A stretch of 64,000 nt of DNA, taken from assembly GCA_051362555.1 (NCBI GenBank), contig CM120641.1:43158401-43222400 (forward strand), in the 5' to 3' direction. This DNA comes from Lingula anatina (lineage: Eukaryota; Animalia; Brachiopoda). A program made the position numbers and the translations under genes. Numbering within the stretch: position 1 is the first letter of the stretch; the number at the start of each line of letters is the position of its first letter. The notes under the pieces were generated by a model. That model saw only the letters and a program-made list of their open reading frames with translations, was not told where the DNA came from and did not search any database. Positions 44,073-57,801 of the stretch are shown here, in pieces.

Positions 44073-47000
44073 CAGCATTACAAACTTTTCTTTATTCTAA
44101 TGGAAGGTGTCTCCCAGAACGCTTCTAGAGCGAGGAGTCGACGTCCTTAAGGACAAACTCCTACATTTCCGTTCCACCAAGGTTGCCCCTCGATACATGC
44201 AGTTAGCGTCCTCGTCATTCCATCTCAATTAGCAATCAGCAATTCTTCTTAAACACAAGATTTATTGGTCTTTGGGGACACATGAAGTTGCAGGTGAATA
44301 TCTTAATGGCGTGACACAGTGTAAGAAAAATATCCATTTAACTATTTAGAACTGCACCTGATGCTATCCAGTGACCATTCAGACGAAGTAAGGCAAAGAC
44401 ATCAGGTAGGTTCCACGATGTAGCATAGAGGAATCATGGGTGTTTCGCTTAAGATTCAAACTGAAGTATCAGGTACGTCTCATACGATGTGTTACGAAGG
44501 ATTTAACAACACATCCTGGTTAAGATTACTTTTCCATTGACATCCAGGTCCATTTCATAATGTGTACTACGTGTGCATTTGGCTCCCGTAAGGTACGTAT
44601 TAAACTCGCAGGCGCCTGACCCATATTCCGTCCTGTCCCGTCTGAAAGTTAAAGGTATTCTATCCAGGATTTTCCTGCCAAATCGGATTTTTCTTGAGAA
44701 AAAGAATTTTCCAGTCTCTTAAGAATCATTGCTCAACATGTTCCGCACATTTGATCTTTTGGTATGCCATTTTTAATTTTAATTTAATACTAAATGTCTG
44801 GCAAGACATTTCGACTACTTTGTTTCCCTGATATCTCAGCAAAAAAGATAGACACCAGATACTTTTATTTGAGAGGTTTTATCGTTTTTTTAGGTTTGAA
44901 TTTTAAAGTAGCTTTGCAGGATGTGCAGGCATAGAAAATATGAATTCGGGATATTCCAAACATGTATGGTATACGTTCAAGCCCATCTGTTTTGCTGCAG
45001 ACAAAAGACACGCCAGCTGTTTTGGCGTTAAATATCGATTTTGTTTTAAAATATGTTCCATGTCTTTTCAAGTGACAGGAATTCGTGATGGGAATATCAA
45101 GACAAAAGAAATATTGAAATGGTACGAAAGCCTACTTCTTCATAAGTATAGGTTGGGGGATGGGAGATAGGAGAGGCACCCATGCAATCGGGCATATTAA
45201 CAATGACCCTAGAATACCCAACCGTTTAACAATGTGATAATAGATGTAAATCTTTAGGGTAAAATTTTAATTAACTTGATGGACTTTTGCTGTTTGGTTG
45301 CCTGGCTAGGATTTGGTATTCCCTATCATACAAAATTAGCCGTTTTTTTCACACTCTGTTAACTCAGCATACTTGTAGATTTACGAATCAATTTTTGGGT
45401 TGCAATGCAAAAAGTCCTTTTTGGAGAAGTGCTGGACAGTTCCTTGTTACTTTGGAGATGTCATGAGTCGGGTTAGATACCATGCATTCTTTGAGAATTA
45501 TTTATATCTCATTATTGGAGTTTGATTCTGTTTCTTACAAAGTGTCTTAGGTATGATTTAGAATAAGAATAAGAGTGGTCATGTCATTTAATCATTATTG
45601 AATATTTTACAAATCCTATTGAAGGGCACTATATAAAACTTTGGGTAGGTGGATGGATGGAAGGATGAACGGATGAATGACTAGATGGTAAACCTGATAA
45701 TGTTATTGTCAATGAACAGCAATGTTGCCAATATGGCTGGCTCCTTTGAGAACGCAATTGGCGTAAATGTCGTCTTGTTCACTAGTGAACCGCTCCTCAT
45801 TAACACCCTGCACTTTTAATCGTCTGAGTGAGATTGATCATTATAAGGAAACATATTGGAATTTGGGTGCCAGACTAATCCCCAGATGGCGGAATTGTGT
45901 TAGTAACAATTGACTTGGGCGCTAGGCGGAGCACAGTGTCAGTGTTGACAAGCTAGGATTTGGGTGCTATGCAATTTAACCGAACTCGTATTAAATGAAA
46001 ATTGTTGATCTAGATAAAGGCGTTTTGTTATTCTTGTATTCTTTTAAACTATCTTGTTGGTATTCTGGAATAAATTTTGTTCAATTTTGTAGTTCCTGTA
46101 AGTGGCATAAATAGCAAAATGGCATTTTTTGCTGTGGAAGTTTAATGATGACCGTTCTCATAAAAACGTTTTATTTATTTATTTATTTTTGGAGGGGAGA
46201 GGGCGAGCTAACCACCAGATGGTTTAGCAAAATGAGAAAAAAGTTGCAAAGTTCCCTAATAAAGATTCCATCCAATCTTTAACTCTTTCCGTTGATGGAT
46301 ACACTGGGTGTCCTAAACATCCATCCTGTATTACCAATGAGAGTTGGCCTTTTGAGCTACAACATATTGGCACGAATATTTTATGTCGACAATTATATAC
46401 GAATCGTTAGCTGTTGGCAAAAAATCCAGAAAACAAAACTCATGTTGTTACAACAGAATGGCAAAGACCTCAGAAGTACATTAATCTTATTTGGGATCTA
46501 CCACCAGAGAGCAGAATCGAACCAAAAGGCGATATCTCTTACTTTGTTATCCATTTTCATTTTAAAAAAGACAAGCAAGCGCTAGCGTGCAGTTCATCTA
46601 ATGGCCACCGTAGGTAGGCGGGACTTAATAATAAGCAGATACCCAAGAGCAGGGAGTTTGACCGGGCTTGACCGGTGTATTCCTTGAAAACTTTCGTGCA
46701 GACTTTCGCCAGTCGGCTGTTACGTTCAGTAGACTATATCCGTTTAAGTAAGCGGCCAGTTAAATTAATTGATATATGGTATGATTAACTGAGATGAAAA
46801 ATAAATAGATAAATAAGTATATAAAGAAATAAACAAATAAGAATGTTAGTACATTCTGCGTGTCCAACTCTACTCATGGTGGTTAGAAAAAAACAAAAAT
46901 GATAAAATCAAAGGCATACTTCTGGAAAATTATATGTACGTAAATTGCAGTATACCGACTTTGGTCTTTGTAAGGGGTGCTACATTAAATTATGTTGAAC

Positions 47001-48819
47001 AATTAAAATGTCCAAAAAACAAGCATACTTTCTTTGCTCTATGTTTTTTTTCGGAAAACAGCATAGAACAAATTATTGTACCTAGGCAGCTTGCTTTGCT
47101 GTTGCTTCATTGCAACTTTCCATTCCCCGCAGACCCCTTCCAACTGATTAAAAAGCTGTCTAATTTGACTCCAGTATATATTAAATTTGTGGAGTTGAAT
47201 GCATGTAATATTATTTTTCTGTATTTAATGATGGAAACAGGCGAACATAAAGACAGACAGACAGACAGATAGACAGCCACACAGTTGCTTTGTATTGATT
47301 GGCAGCAGAAGATACCTACCTACAAAAAACTCTAATCTTTTTTTCGAAAGACAAAGCGAAAAGGGCTATCTTAAAAGCATCTAGTATAACTTCACTGCTT
47401 ATTTAATTAAGACTTTGTTTTAACTTCCCTTTGGTATCTGGATGCTTAAAAGCCATGCCCCAGTCGTATACTAACATTACATTTTGTAGCTAACCCATGG
47501 TGACAGTTGCACCAGGTTTTATTCACACAAGCCACCATGTAACACAAAAGGAGACAATTATTTTAAAGAAATGGGCCAAGTCAAAGCAAGATGCTGTCCC
47601 CTTTTCTTGGAAAAGAATGTAGTTCTGCAACCACTCACATATCAACAGCTAAAGCAACGAGGCCGCCGCTAATTTATACACGTAAGCACGTAACAATAAC
47701 TGTAGAGAAACTATATGACCATAATGTCATAACGACATACTGTCACATGTATAAAACTGTTCTGATTAAAAAATCTTACACCATTTTATCTTTTCCTTTA
47801 ATGTAAGTAGCAAGATTTTTGTACATTTTTTTGTCTGTTTGGTTTTTTTTTTTTTCTCCAGTCAGTCTAGTCTTTTTACAGTGTCGCGTCTGTCATTAAA
47901 AACAAGGTATTGGGCGTTCAAGACTATTGACTCATTCGGCCTTATGCATATAATGGTACCGTGGCTAAAAATTAAGTCGGCTGTCTCTCGGTTGGACCGG
48001 TTATTCAAAATGACGATCTGCGATCAAACATATGGAGTGATGGCGCGCACAACCTGAAGATGCTGAAATCACGTACGATATGAAATATGATTGAGTTGAC
48101 ATGTCTTTTCGGTAAAGATAGTTCGTATTCGCACAGTGTTGTCGTAGCCGATGGAATTTCATTTCGAATGGATGAAGCAGGGCTGATCAGCACATAATTA
48201 AGTAAAGGTGAACAAGAGATTACGTTAATCCACGATGCTTTTTACTTAATGACATGCGTGGTACCTAAAACCTGATGGGATAACTGTTAATACTTTTTTG
48301 CCATGACTATTTGATAACATTTTGTGACCGGGAATCTTTAACGAACAATTTCCGATGAAAGATAGTGTATACCGTTCACAAACCCCTTTGTTCGTTGGAT
48401 AATGAACCTCGTCGACTAGGGGACAAATTACGAAACTCTTTAAAAGATCAACAGCACCAATAATAGATTGAATGCAACAGACTGCAAACATGCCGATTAT
48501 TGCGCGCTGTTGTTAGATTGAAACACCTTCCTGCCACTTTGCCACTTCACTCAGAGCTACGGATTTTATTCGTTTTGACCAAGGAATTATCAGCCATCGA
48601 AATACAGCCTGTGGTGCTTGATTAATAAGCTTTAATGTTGGCAACTCGTGGGATAGAGCAAAATGCACTGGTATACTTATTATGAAAATCGTCTTATTGA
48701 TTTTGGCAATAATATAGTCCTAAGCTTGGAACGTATGCAAACACCATAAAAAGCCAAAGTAAGCCGTGCGTCGGCGTTTTCTAGGTATCTCAACGAAATA
48801 TATAGCTTGACGGTGTTTT

Positions 48820-48903
48820 CATTATACTTCGTGTGTGACAGCCAGCCACTAGAACGATGCCAAGTACTAGGCTGTCGTCAGAAATGCACAGACAAATATA
48901 AAG
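48820..48903 (+). promoter_or_regulatory. Candidate non-coding first exon of the orphan membrane-protein gene
   Basis: TATATA-like element (~48799), TCATT initiator-like motif (~48819), consensus donor AAG|GTAAGT at 48903/48904; the ORF at 53636 has an acceptor at 53624-53625 that needs an upstream exon. Linkage is inferred. Confidence 0.35.
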
Positions 48904-51900
48904 GTAAGTGAAATAGTCCTATTTTACTTGTCAAGCCTTGATTTACAACGTGAGCTTTGATAGCTTTTTGCAATACTATTGGTTTTATAACCACCGTTAA
49001 TAGGCATACGTGTATGTGTATTGCTTTCACGCCAGACGCACAAAAATATTTTAGCCGTCACTTAAGTGTTTCTGCTGCATTTAAAGTACTATCATGGAAG
49101 CTGTGATATTGAAACCCATTATCGGAATTAATTTATCAATATCGTGCCATATCTATTAATCTTGATGCTGAAAAATTAATTTTTATCACAAACATCACCC
49201 CCTCTCTAAATATGTCATGAAAACATGGTTCATATGTGCCGTTAATAGACATACCTCACTCGCATTCAATATCGAACAGCAAGATAGCGAAGCCAACAAA
49301 AAGCCAATATAAACAGTTTTTTTTTCTCAGAAAAGAGCATATAGATCTAGTTCGTATTCATACAATGTTGTCGTAGCTGATGGCATTTTATTTCGATTTC
49401 ACTTACGCAATTAAGTAGATGGTTTAGTCTTAAAGATGATTAAAATCGTATCTAAACAGTGGTGAATTTACATAGCGTGCCCTTAGTGGAAACCTAAAAG
49501 ATAGGCCCTAGTTTTCAAATGCAACCAACCAATACCTTACATAAAAGCAAATAATGTTAAAGACAATACCTGGATGTCACCCTGGTAGGGGTATAGGAAC
49601 TCAACAGGAAAATGTTTCCTTCGTGAATGATCAAAGATATGGCTATTAGTCGCAGGCACGGCGAATCGTTTGAAAAATTAGCTTAGACATTAAATATAAA
49701 AATAAACATTCAAATACATATAAATATACCTCTACTTAAAATATATGTTTTTACTAAATATAGAAATTTATTCCAAATTAATTTCTTTGCTTTGGAAGTT
49801 AAAATGCTATTAGATACGGCGTCGCCAATCTGTTGACTCCAATCGACAATTGATGACTAGATTCAGTGCTATTTACTGTAAACCAGCGATACAAAATGTT
49901 CCCAAATACATCCAGTGATAAACTCATTTCATCTATCAGTAATCTAGTGCTTTTGCGAGTTCTCAACTTCTGCATTATTTACCATATTTGACTCGTCTTT
50001 ATAGACAATTTCTCTCTGGAGGAAAAAGTTGAATGTTGAAGATAGCGAAATTTGAATATCAGTGCTTTCCTTTATCTCAGCAGAAAAGGCGTATTGAGGG
50101 CGATCATTTGACGGCATGAATCTGAAGAGAAAGCAGGGAGCGGCAACAGCGAAAACAGCGGCAAAAGCTCGTGTCGTTAGAATGTAATCTAATAAAGTGC
50201 ATATATGTTATCAATAGAACGGGTATTATCTGGCAGGGAACGTTACTCTAAGCCGTTCTTGGATAAGAAAAAGATTGATGCAGCGGTCAATAAAATGTAA
50301 CAGCGAAAGCTTTTCGAAAAGTCGACATTTACAATACAAGGAAATTTGATTTATTTCAGAGGATTGGAACATACATACACACTCGGCTTGCAGTGGGAAG
50401 AGATATGATATGATGTGAGAATGGAACACACAGTGGTAAAATGGTTGCCTTTAAGCCTGGCGACACAATAAAGGTATATCCCAACAGAATCCGACGTCGG
50501 CTTTAATACTCGCGGTCTCCGGTACCTTCAGATTAGTTATAGGTGAGTACCACCACGATTCTCTGTAGTACGATGTCAAGTCATCCGTAGTAAGTGGGAC
50601 TGAATTATTCATCACGATATTGCTAAAAACAAAGTCGTGGGAGTATTTTATCGGCATTGCTTACCTGACAAAGATAAGTACTTGTATTTCATTCATTGGG
50701 CTAAAATATTTTTCTAAAAGTACTGAATTTTCCTTTTTGCTTAATTCCGTCCCTCATTCGTATCGTCATTTCAGGTAATCTAAATCACTGTTTTTCAGCA
50801 TAAATTCATTCCTTAATATGACGAAATTACATTATATTTATTCGTCTTTTGTATCGTACATTTCACATTAACTATTACGTAAATAATGGTTCAAAATGGT
50901 AAAAGCAAGACCAGAGTTCGGAACACTGTTTAATCTACTGTGCGATCCAGACAATTTTAGAGCCCTACAATTAATTAATTAATTGTTTATCAGAATTAAA
51001 CTGATTCCTGCTTTTTAAAGGTGTGCCCCGGCTAATCGTGCCATTACCTGTTTCCGCACAAGACGTTCCCCTTGCCTACTAATAAATAGTACACTTTCAA
51101 CTTTTATTTAATATAAACTATTTAGTCACAAAATCAATAGCTATGAAATCTTCGCATGTAAACAACCATTTCATGAGTTTGTTCTCTTCATCATAAGTTC
51201 ATATCACATTGATATATTCCTTAATCAATGTCTGGATGCCTTGCCCTTTAAAAGCCGATCTTAACCCGCAATAAATGAGTTGCCAGCTCCGGGCATTGTA
51301 TGGCGGAATATGAACTCTTGAGATGAACTTGCTTTTAACGAGAATGAAGCCCACGTTAACAAGTACTGCCGGCTTTCGTTAAAACTCTCTTTTGTTAATC
51401 TAGTCTGTGGGTCTCTCAGTGCTCAAATACTAAAATGCCAATGCTTTCCAATGTCATTTCTCTGAGAGCAGAATAAACAAATGGCCAAAGAATGACTATT
51501 GAAGGCGATGCTGGCGACTAAGTGCGCCTTACATGAAGACAAGGTGCTATCAGTAGTGTGCATAATGCCTTTAGTCCATTATCCTTAACAGTTGATCTGG
51601 ATGGAAATGTTCGTTAAAAGTAAACATTAGGGGTTTATTGGCCCTCATAAACTATGCAATTTGCAAAACCATTCCATGAACAAAATGTGGAAAGTGCGTT
51701 ATATGTGATTCAATTCCCAATTTTCATGACCCACGCGGGTTTGCGCGTTCGTCTTTGTCAAACACATCTTAACAGCCGCGGCATATAGTCCAATAAAAAA
51801 CGAACACACATGAACACGACCGTACCATTGTTGTCCATATGGAGATCCATTTTTGATGGCCAAAATAGGCATGAAATGGACTATAATGTAGCTGTTGCAT

Positions 51901-51957
51901 AAATTGTCGATTAGAGGTAGGAATGACAGTGTAGATGGATTTGTATAGCATGATGTA

Positions 51958-52169
51958 AGATTGTTCCCGGAATTAAATGTTAGTGGTTTTAAGAGGGGTA
52001 AGGGCTATCGTGAAAACGGACGTCTCACAAATTCTTTGTACCATGGAACTGTGTTGCAGATAAAGAGGGGAGAGGTTTTATCAATAAATCATTTCCCATG
52101 GAATTGAACATTTTCTTGATATCCCTAATCCCTCTAAAAACCACCATAATTTGATTTCGGAAACAATCT
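51958..52169. mobile_element. Degenerate MITE with ~60-bp TIRs flanked by TA (Tc1/mariner-like)
   Basis: ta|agattgttcccggaattaaatgttagtggttttaagaggggtaagggctatc ... gatatccctaatccctctaaaaaccaccataatttgatttcggaaacaatct|ta. Confidence 0.75.
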
Positions 52170-53635
52170 TAAATTGTTTCACAAAACAATTTACGCTGGC
52201 ATCCGTTCAAAGCAGAGGGGTAATCGCGGACCTTCGACATTTTGCTACATCGATAAGTTGATTACAAGTCAAAGCGAATCTCACAATGATGGAATTTCGC
52301 ATGATGAGAACATTAAATATGTGCACACACACACATCAATAGATTACAGTTATTGCCAAGCCGCTGCAATTTATAAATGAGAACATGTCGAAAAACGGAG
52401 ACAACTGCGCTTAACCCATGCAATAAATCTAAGCCTCAGATGAAATGATACCTTTTCTCTGGTGAAAGCTAGCAGTTTTCATTACACGTATAACACATAT
52501 CAGGCATATGATAGACGCAGATTGTTATATTATATAAAGCGACTTCGGGGTGCAGTATAGTAATATTTGGTTCTAAAAGTAGTGCTGTTTCCCTGACGAG
52601 TCGATGGCATGCATATGAAGAAACATTTTAAAAAGAACAGCATGCTTCCTGTAAAATGATACTGATAGTTCCCAGAAGTGTGATTGATTGTCCTTATAGC
52701 GAAAATACATGTACAATTGTTAAAATTACTTTTCATGTTTTTTTTACCTAATATCCGTATTGATTAACATGACATGAATGTAGGGAATAAAGGAGCGCAT
52801 GCAAAAGAAAATGTTAAAGAAAACATGTTAAAGAAAATGCATGCATGCACGTATTAAGCATTCATTAGGAGCATTATGCTGACCCTATAATTACCGGAAA
52901 ATTAATTTCTGGTGCTGCAGCAAACAAACCTAATTAAGGCTACACGATAAATCCCTCTTACATTATCCCCATTCATTGTGAAATAAATCGGGACCCCAAA
53001 TCGGTTTTGTCATCTGTCCTCCGTGTAACAACGTGATAATTGGATAAATGATCATCAGGTACCAAGGCCCCATTTACTTGTTATGCTGTACATCACCATG
53101 ACATTTACTTCTCTAAGCCTGGCCTCGTGACTTCGTGATTGGTTCCTTTGGGTGCAATTCCTGATGCTGAATGGTTCTCACCGCAAGGAGGGGTAGTTTG
53201 TCTGAATGACAGCTATAAGCGTTTATTAACCTAACAGCACCGCAATGAAGGTATCTTAATTATAGGAAGAAAAATCAAAGCTAAATTGATTCTGAACTGG
53301 AAAGCCCGTGGGATTTTGTTCTTTCGCCATGCGTCTAGTTGCTTTGTTGTAGAAAAACCACATCAGTTTGCCTTTGCAAGACATGCATTCTGCGAACATG
53401 AATACACCGTACAAAGGGCGTCCTGTCTTGTCCTGACTGAATGTGGTTCTCAAACAGTGTGGGAAAACAATTCCATAGGCGAAGTCAATAGTGCGGCCAA
53501 AGAGGCAAATGGATTTTTGTGAATCTTCTCGTCAGCTGAAATTTAGTAACTATTCATTTTCTCTTTTTTCATGTATTTCAAGAAAATATTTAACAAATTA
53601 TCTTGAAATTATTTTCTCGTTTTAGGTAACAGGTT

Positions 53636-54070
53636 ATGGCGCCAGCCTCCGGGAACTCCACGAGCTCTGGTTACACGTGGGTTCACAACCCGCCTCTCAT
53701 CCCGCCACAATACCTGTGGATTCCATACGTTCTCATAGCGGCTGCCTTTATGTCCTGTCTCTTAGTGTCTTTCTTACTCTATCACCGAAACAGGAGGCAG
53801 AGGTGTAACAGACAGACGGACAAATACCGCCAGCAGATCTTATTTAGACAGCGGGAAAGGCGAAGAGAGGAATTAATGTCACCCGGGAATTACTCTTTCA
53901 CTCCCAGAGACGGGCAAGACATGTATGGGCGGAGGAAAAATGCAATAGCTCCTTTTGCTTTTATATCTGCTCTCGGGCGGAAAAGTCGCCAGCAAAGAGA
54001 TAGTAACGGTCTTACGCCAAATCGGCGAAGCAGTGCTATGGTGTCCTCGTTGATGCCGTCGGGCTCTTGA
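53636..54070 (+). CDS. Uncharacterised single-pass (likely type III, N-out) membrane protein, 144 aa
   Basis: ORF is markedly GC-richer than its flanks; acceptor ttttctcgttttag 11 nt before the ATG (gttATGG context); N-glycosylation sequon NST at residue 7; one hydrophobic helix (LWIPYVLIAAAFMSCLLVSFLLY) followed by a basic stop-transfer cluster (HRNRRQR). Confidence 0.75.
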   Translation: MAPASGNSTSSGYTWVHNPPLIPPQYLWIPYVLIAAAFMSCLLVSFLLYHRNRRQRCNRQTDKYRQQILFRQRERRREELMSPGNYSFTPRDGQDMYGRRKNAIAPFAFISALGRKSRQQRDSNGLTPNRRSSAMVSSLMPSGS

Positions 54071-54760
54071 GACTTAATGCTGCCTTGTTTAATTCTTTGG
54101 AGAACATGTCTTTGTGTGCAAACGGGTGGCTGTGAGGACTCGCGCACATGTAAACTGTGATGGGGGAAAGATTGTGAATCTACATAATTCTGAAACACTT
54201 AGGTGAAAACATCTTGCCGATTGTGCGGCTTCTCACTAATGAATGCATTGGTGATATTCGTGGTATCAGTTACGAAGTATAATGAGAATGTGAGTGACAT
54301 CGGAAATTGAATGTAAGTTTGATGTTTTGTCAAATGGAGAAAGAAAAGTCGTGTTTCAGACACTTAAATTTCCCACCAAGTGATTTAACATACGAACAAC
54401 GACCAGAACGCCATTACACGCAACGGTAACATTTTGTCACAATCATTTTAACACAGCGTCTGTCATACCGCCTGTACAATGAGTCAGTAAAGTAATAGAT
54501 TGAACAGCGCTAATTAATTTCCCTTTTATTAACGGGAGAATCAATTTTCTGTTGATACAGAGCCTACCACAAGGTTAACGAAAGCGTGCGTTCAATGACA
54601 GGAAAGGCAATTCATATAAAAGGACGGTTACGTATCGTTCGCACCGTCAGATCCATGTTTATATAACCTGAATAGGTGACCAAAAAAATTAATATAATCT
54701 TATTGAAAACTGTGAAAGCATTCTATGTATTGCACAAAAACCCACAAGAAAATGAAGCAC

Positions 54761-55067
54761 GGGACTTGGTTCATGGCGTCTCTTGATTTAGAATCGATGC
54801 ATACATTTATCAGCCAAAAAGTGGCCTTAATTTTTAGACCAAATTTTTGATCTGCTTCAATTCAGGATAGATTTGCAGTGGTTCACTTAAAGAGAATAGC
54901 TGTTGGTACAAAAATTTAGCCATTTTATTTCTATTATGAAACAGGCGCAATTGAACTACAACTGATTTACAGTGCCAGTATATCTTGGTTTAAAACGGAT
55001 CAAATGTTTTGGTCTAAAGATTTAGACCAATTTTTGGCTTTAAGCACTATCTTGTGAAACAGGCCCC
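54761..55067. mobile_element. Old Harbinger-like MITE with subterminal inverted repeats
   Basis: IR agccaaaaagtggccttaatttttagaccaaatttttgatc (54812-54852) versus gatcaaatgttttggtctaaagatttagaccaatttttggct (54998-55039); ends gggacttggttca / tgaaacaggcccc match 10 of 13. Confidence 0.6.
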
Positions 55068-57770
55068 AGTAGGCCTACTCACCAATCACGCTCGAGGGAT
55101 ATATGTATATAACGTCAACATATTGCCATCCAGTAGTGCAGTTTTATACATTGGGCATTACAATTAAGGTCATCCCCACAGGCCAAAAGTGGACGGACAT
55201 TGACCTATCCACAAAGGTCTCACAGGGAGCACGAGCGTGTTATATGACGTAATCACGGGCTTCCTGCACGTTATTGGGGAGTAGAAGAAAAGATAAAGTA
55301 GTCAGATGCTCAATATTGTTTTCATATAGTCACATAAAATAATGAAATAAAATGTTTTATAAATTACCATGTTATGAGTCCTCTTAAATTACAAAACACG
55401 CCCACTACATAGATGACTTTGCTGGTCTTATCAAATAGGCCTATGAACAAGAACATACATTATGAGAACTTTGTTGTCAAAAAATGTTTTTCTGTTGCCT
55501 GAGACGTATGGAATATCCTAAGACGAAAGAGAGAGCGACAGAACGCTCAATTGTTGCAGTGACTAGTTCTCAGTTAATTCAATCAAAATACGGTTTTGAA
55601 TAGCCAACAATGATCATCGCAACTGTACCTTAATGCAAGAGTGGGAAATTATCATAAAATTTTAACTTGGCATTAAGTAAATTAATAACTTTTTAATGAT
55701 GCAGTTTGTTTCCATCAGTGGGTTCCAAAAGATACCCACCTTTGATCTGAAGATTGTACAAACGTGTGTCACCAAGCCATCATGTGAATAGAAAATTATT
55801 TTTTCTCGTAATCTGATTCCGTAATCTGATATGATTTGGATTGGTTTTCTGTTTAAGTTTTATGTAATGTTCTCATGTTCTTGCATGTTTTATATAAGTT
55901 TGCAAGGTTCCAAATAATCAGAATTTCATATTGCTTGATGTAGGACATAATTTTACCAACTCAACACATTTACCACAAACAATTTAGAACTATCATGACG
56001 GAAGTCCTGTCAAAATTGGACTTTCAGATTAGTTTTATTACCACTTCTGGTTTCTTCGTACTGCTGTTCAATAATTGAACTTTTAACCAAAATGACCAAC
56101 TCGACATATGGCTTATTTTACATAGGCACTCGCTAATTTACTACAGGGGGTTTCGGACGTTAAGCCGTAATCTGGTTTTATGTTTCCAAGCCTTGCTTCT
56201 ATCGACCAAATAACAATGGTCTTATTCAACATCATGGTAATTGCCAAATAGTGGTTTGCAAGTACTTTGTGAGGAGTGTTGTCTAGAAGAGCCACGGCGT
56301 CTCAGGCGATTTCATTATTGGTGTTATGGTACGGTTGCATATCTACAACGAACCAACGTAACTTTAAATTTTGTCTGGTCTAAGTCACTTGCATTAGGTT
56401 ATTTCACATCATAGTATTGTCTAGGGGGGGATGCCAATACATATCTACCATCCAAACCGTTATCAAAAGACCTATGCATTATATGCAACCAGGATGGTCA
56501 GACTTTTTCAGCAGCTTTTCAGCAAACGTTTTGCAGGACTCTATATTCATTAAAACATGTTGAGATTAAGCGGCATGTGATGTTTGAGACTTTAAAAAAT
56601 TACCTATTGGCAAGGTACCGAAAAAGGATAAACCTCTCTGTCATGTGCCATATTTGCTCATTGGATAAATATCTCCTATCAGGGGATCTAAAAATGCCCA
56701 AAAATTGATTCAGAAAAAATTAGGAAATAATAATTTTGTGAAGGGTTTGATTATGTGGTATTTGATTTCAGTTGATTTCCCGGGACTTAGATTAATTTAC
56801 TCCGTTTCTGTAACTCAGTAATACTTTCATTAAGGTACGGATAATGCTATCGATTGTTAATTAATTTATACAAATTGCACAAGAATTTGTTCTTCGGCGA
56901 GTCTTAAGGATAGATGACCTGTAGGGTTGATTGGCACCTTGAACAGTTAAAATGTCAATGTTACAAAATTACCAAAAGGATAGTTATCACTTTGAGGGGT
57001 TTATCTGGATTTTACAAACAAAATACAATGTAAAAAGGAAATGACCTTCGGTCAGTGTTATCCACACTACTATAAAATGTACCAGAAAAATGTAACACTC
57101 GGATTATCTCTTCATAAAGCGCCAATTTGGAGGATGAAGTATTTTGCAAAGCTAAAACAACCCAAAGGGAATTGGTATCGATTGAAAGGGTTAGCAGTGA
57201 ATATTCCTGAAAAATGTGGGGTAGCACATTAACAAGTCTTTATAGTGAATTTGGAGATGGCCTATCTGCAGGCAAATTGATTCCCCATTATTAATTCCTG
57301 AGGATTGGAATCAACTGAAACATTTGGAAATGTGTTAGGTGAGAAACTTGCAGTTGTCACAATTCTGTTTCTCACACTCACCCTCACTTACATATACTGC
57401 CGCTCAAAAACTCGCATGCAATCCGGGTCGTACACAGGAGAAACCATAATTAAATTGCCATCCATCACAGTCCGTAATAACTGATTGTCATTTTCATTTC
57501 AGCGTGACCTTATTCAACCATTGAAAAAAAAGTGGCGTAGGGTGACTACACTTGACGTAGGTTTTTTTCAATCGATGTATCGTTTTCGTTTCTTTTTGTT
57601 CTTTTGCATAATGCATTGTTTGATTTTAACACCTGAGAACAAGCTTAAAAGTCATAAATATCAATCATTCTCGTATAATCAATATATAATCATATATAAT
57701 AATCAATCGTATAGATACGTACAAATCCAATGACACTTTTCATTAGGAGTCAATATTGCCGTTGGTTTTG

Positions 57771-57772
<2 letters not shown>

Positions 57773-57800
<28 letters not shown>
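57773..57800. repeat. (TC)n microsatellite
   Basis: About 14 tandem TC units. Confidence 0.9.

Positions 57801-57801
<1 letters not shown>

Noticed and set aside
44865-48491. Cluster of 60-112 aa ORFs downstream of VWDE
   Set aside because: AT-rich, no motifs and no consistent splice chain.
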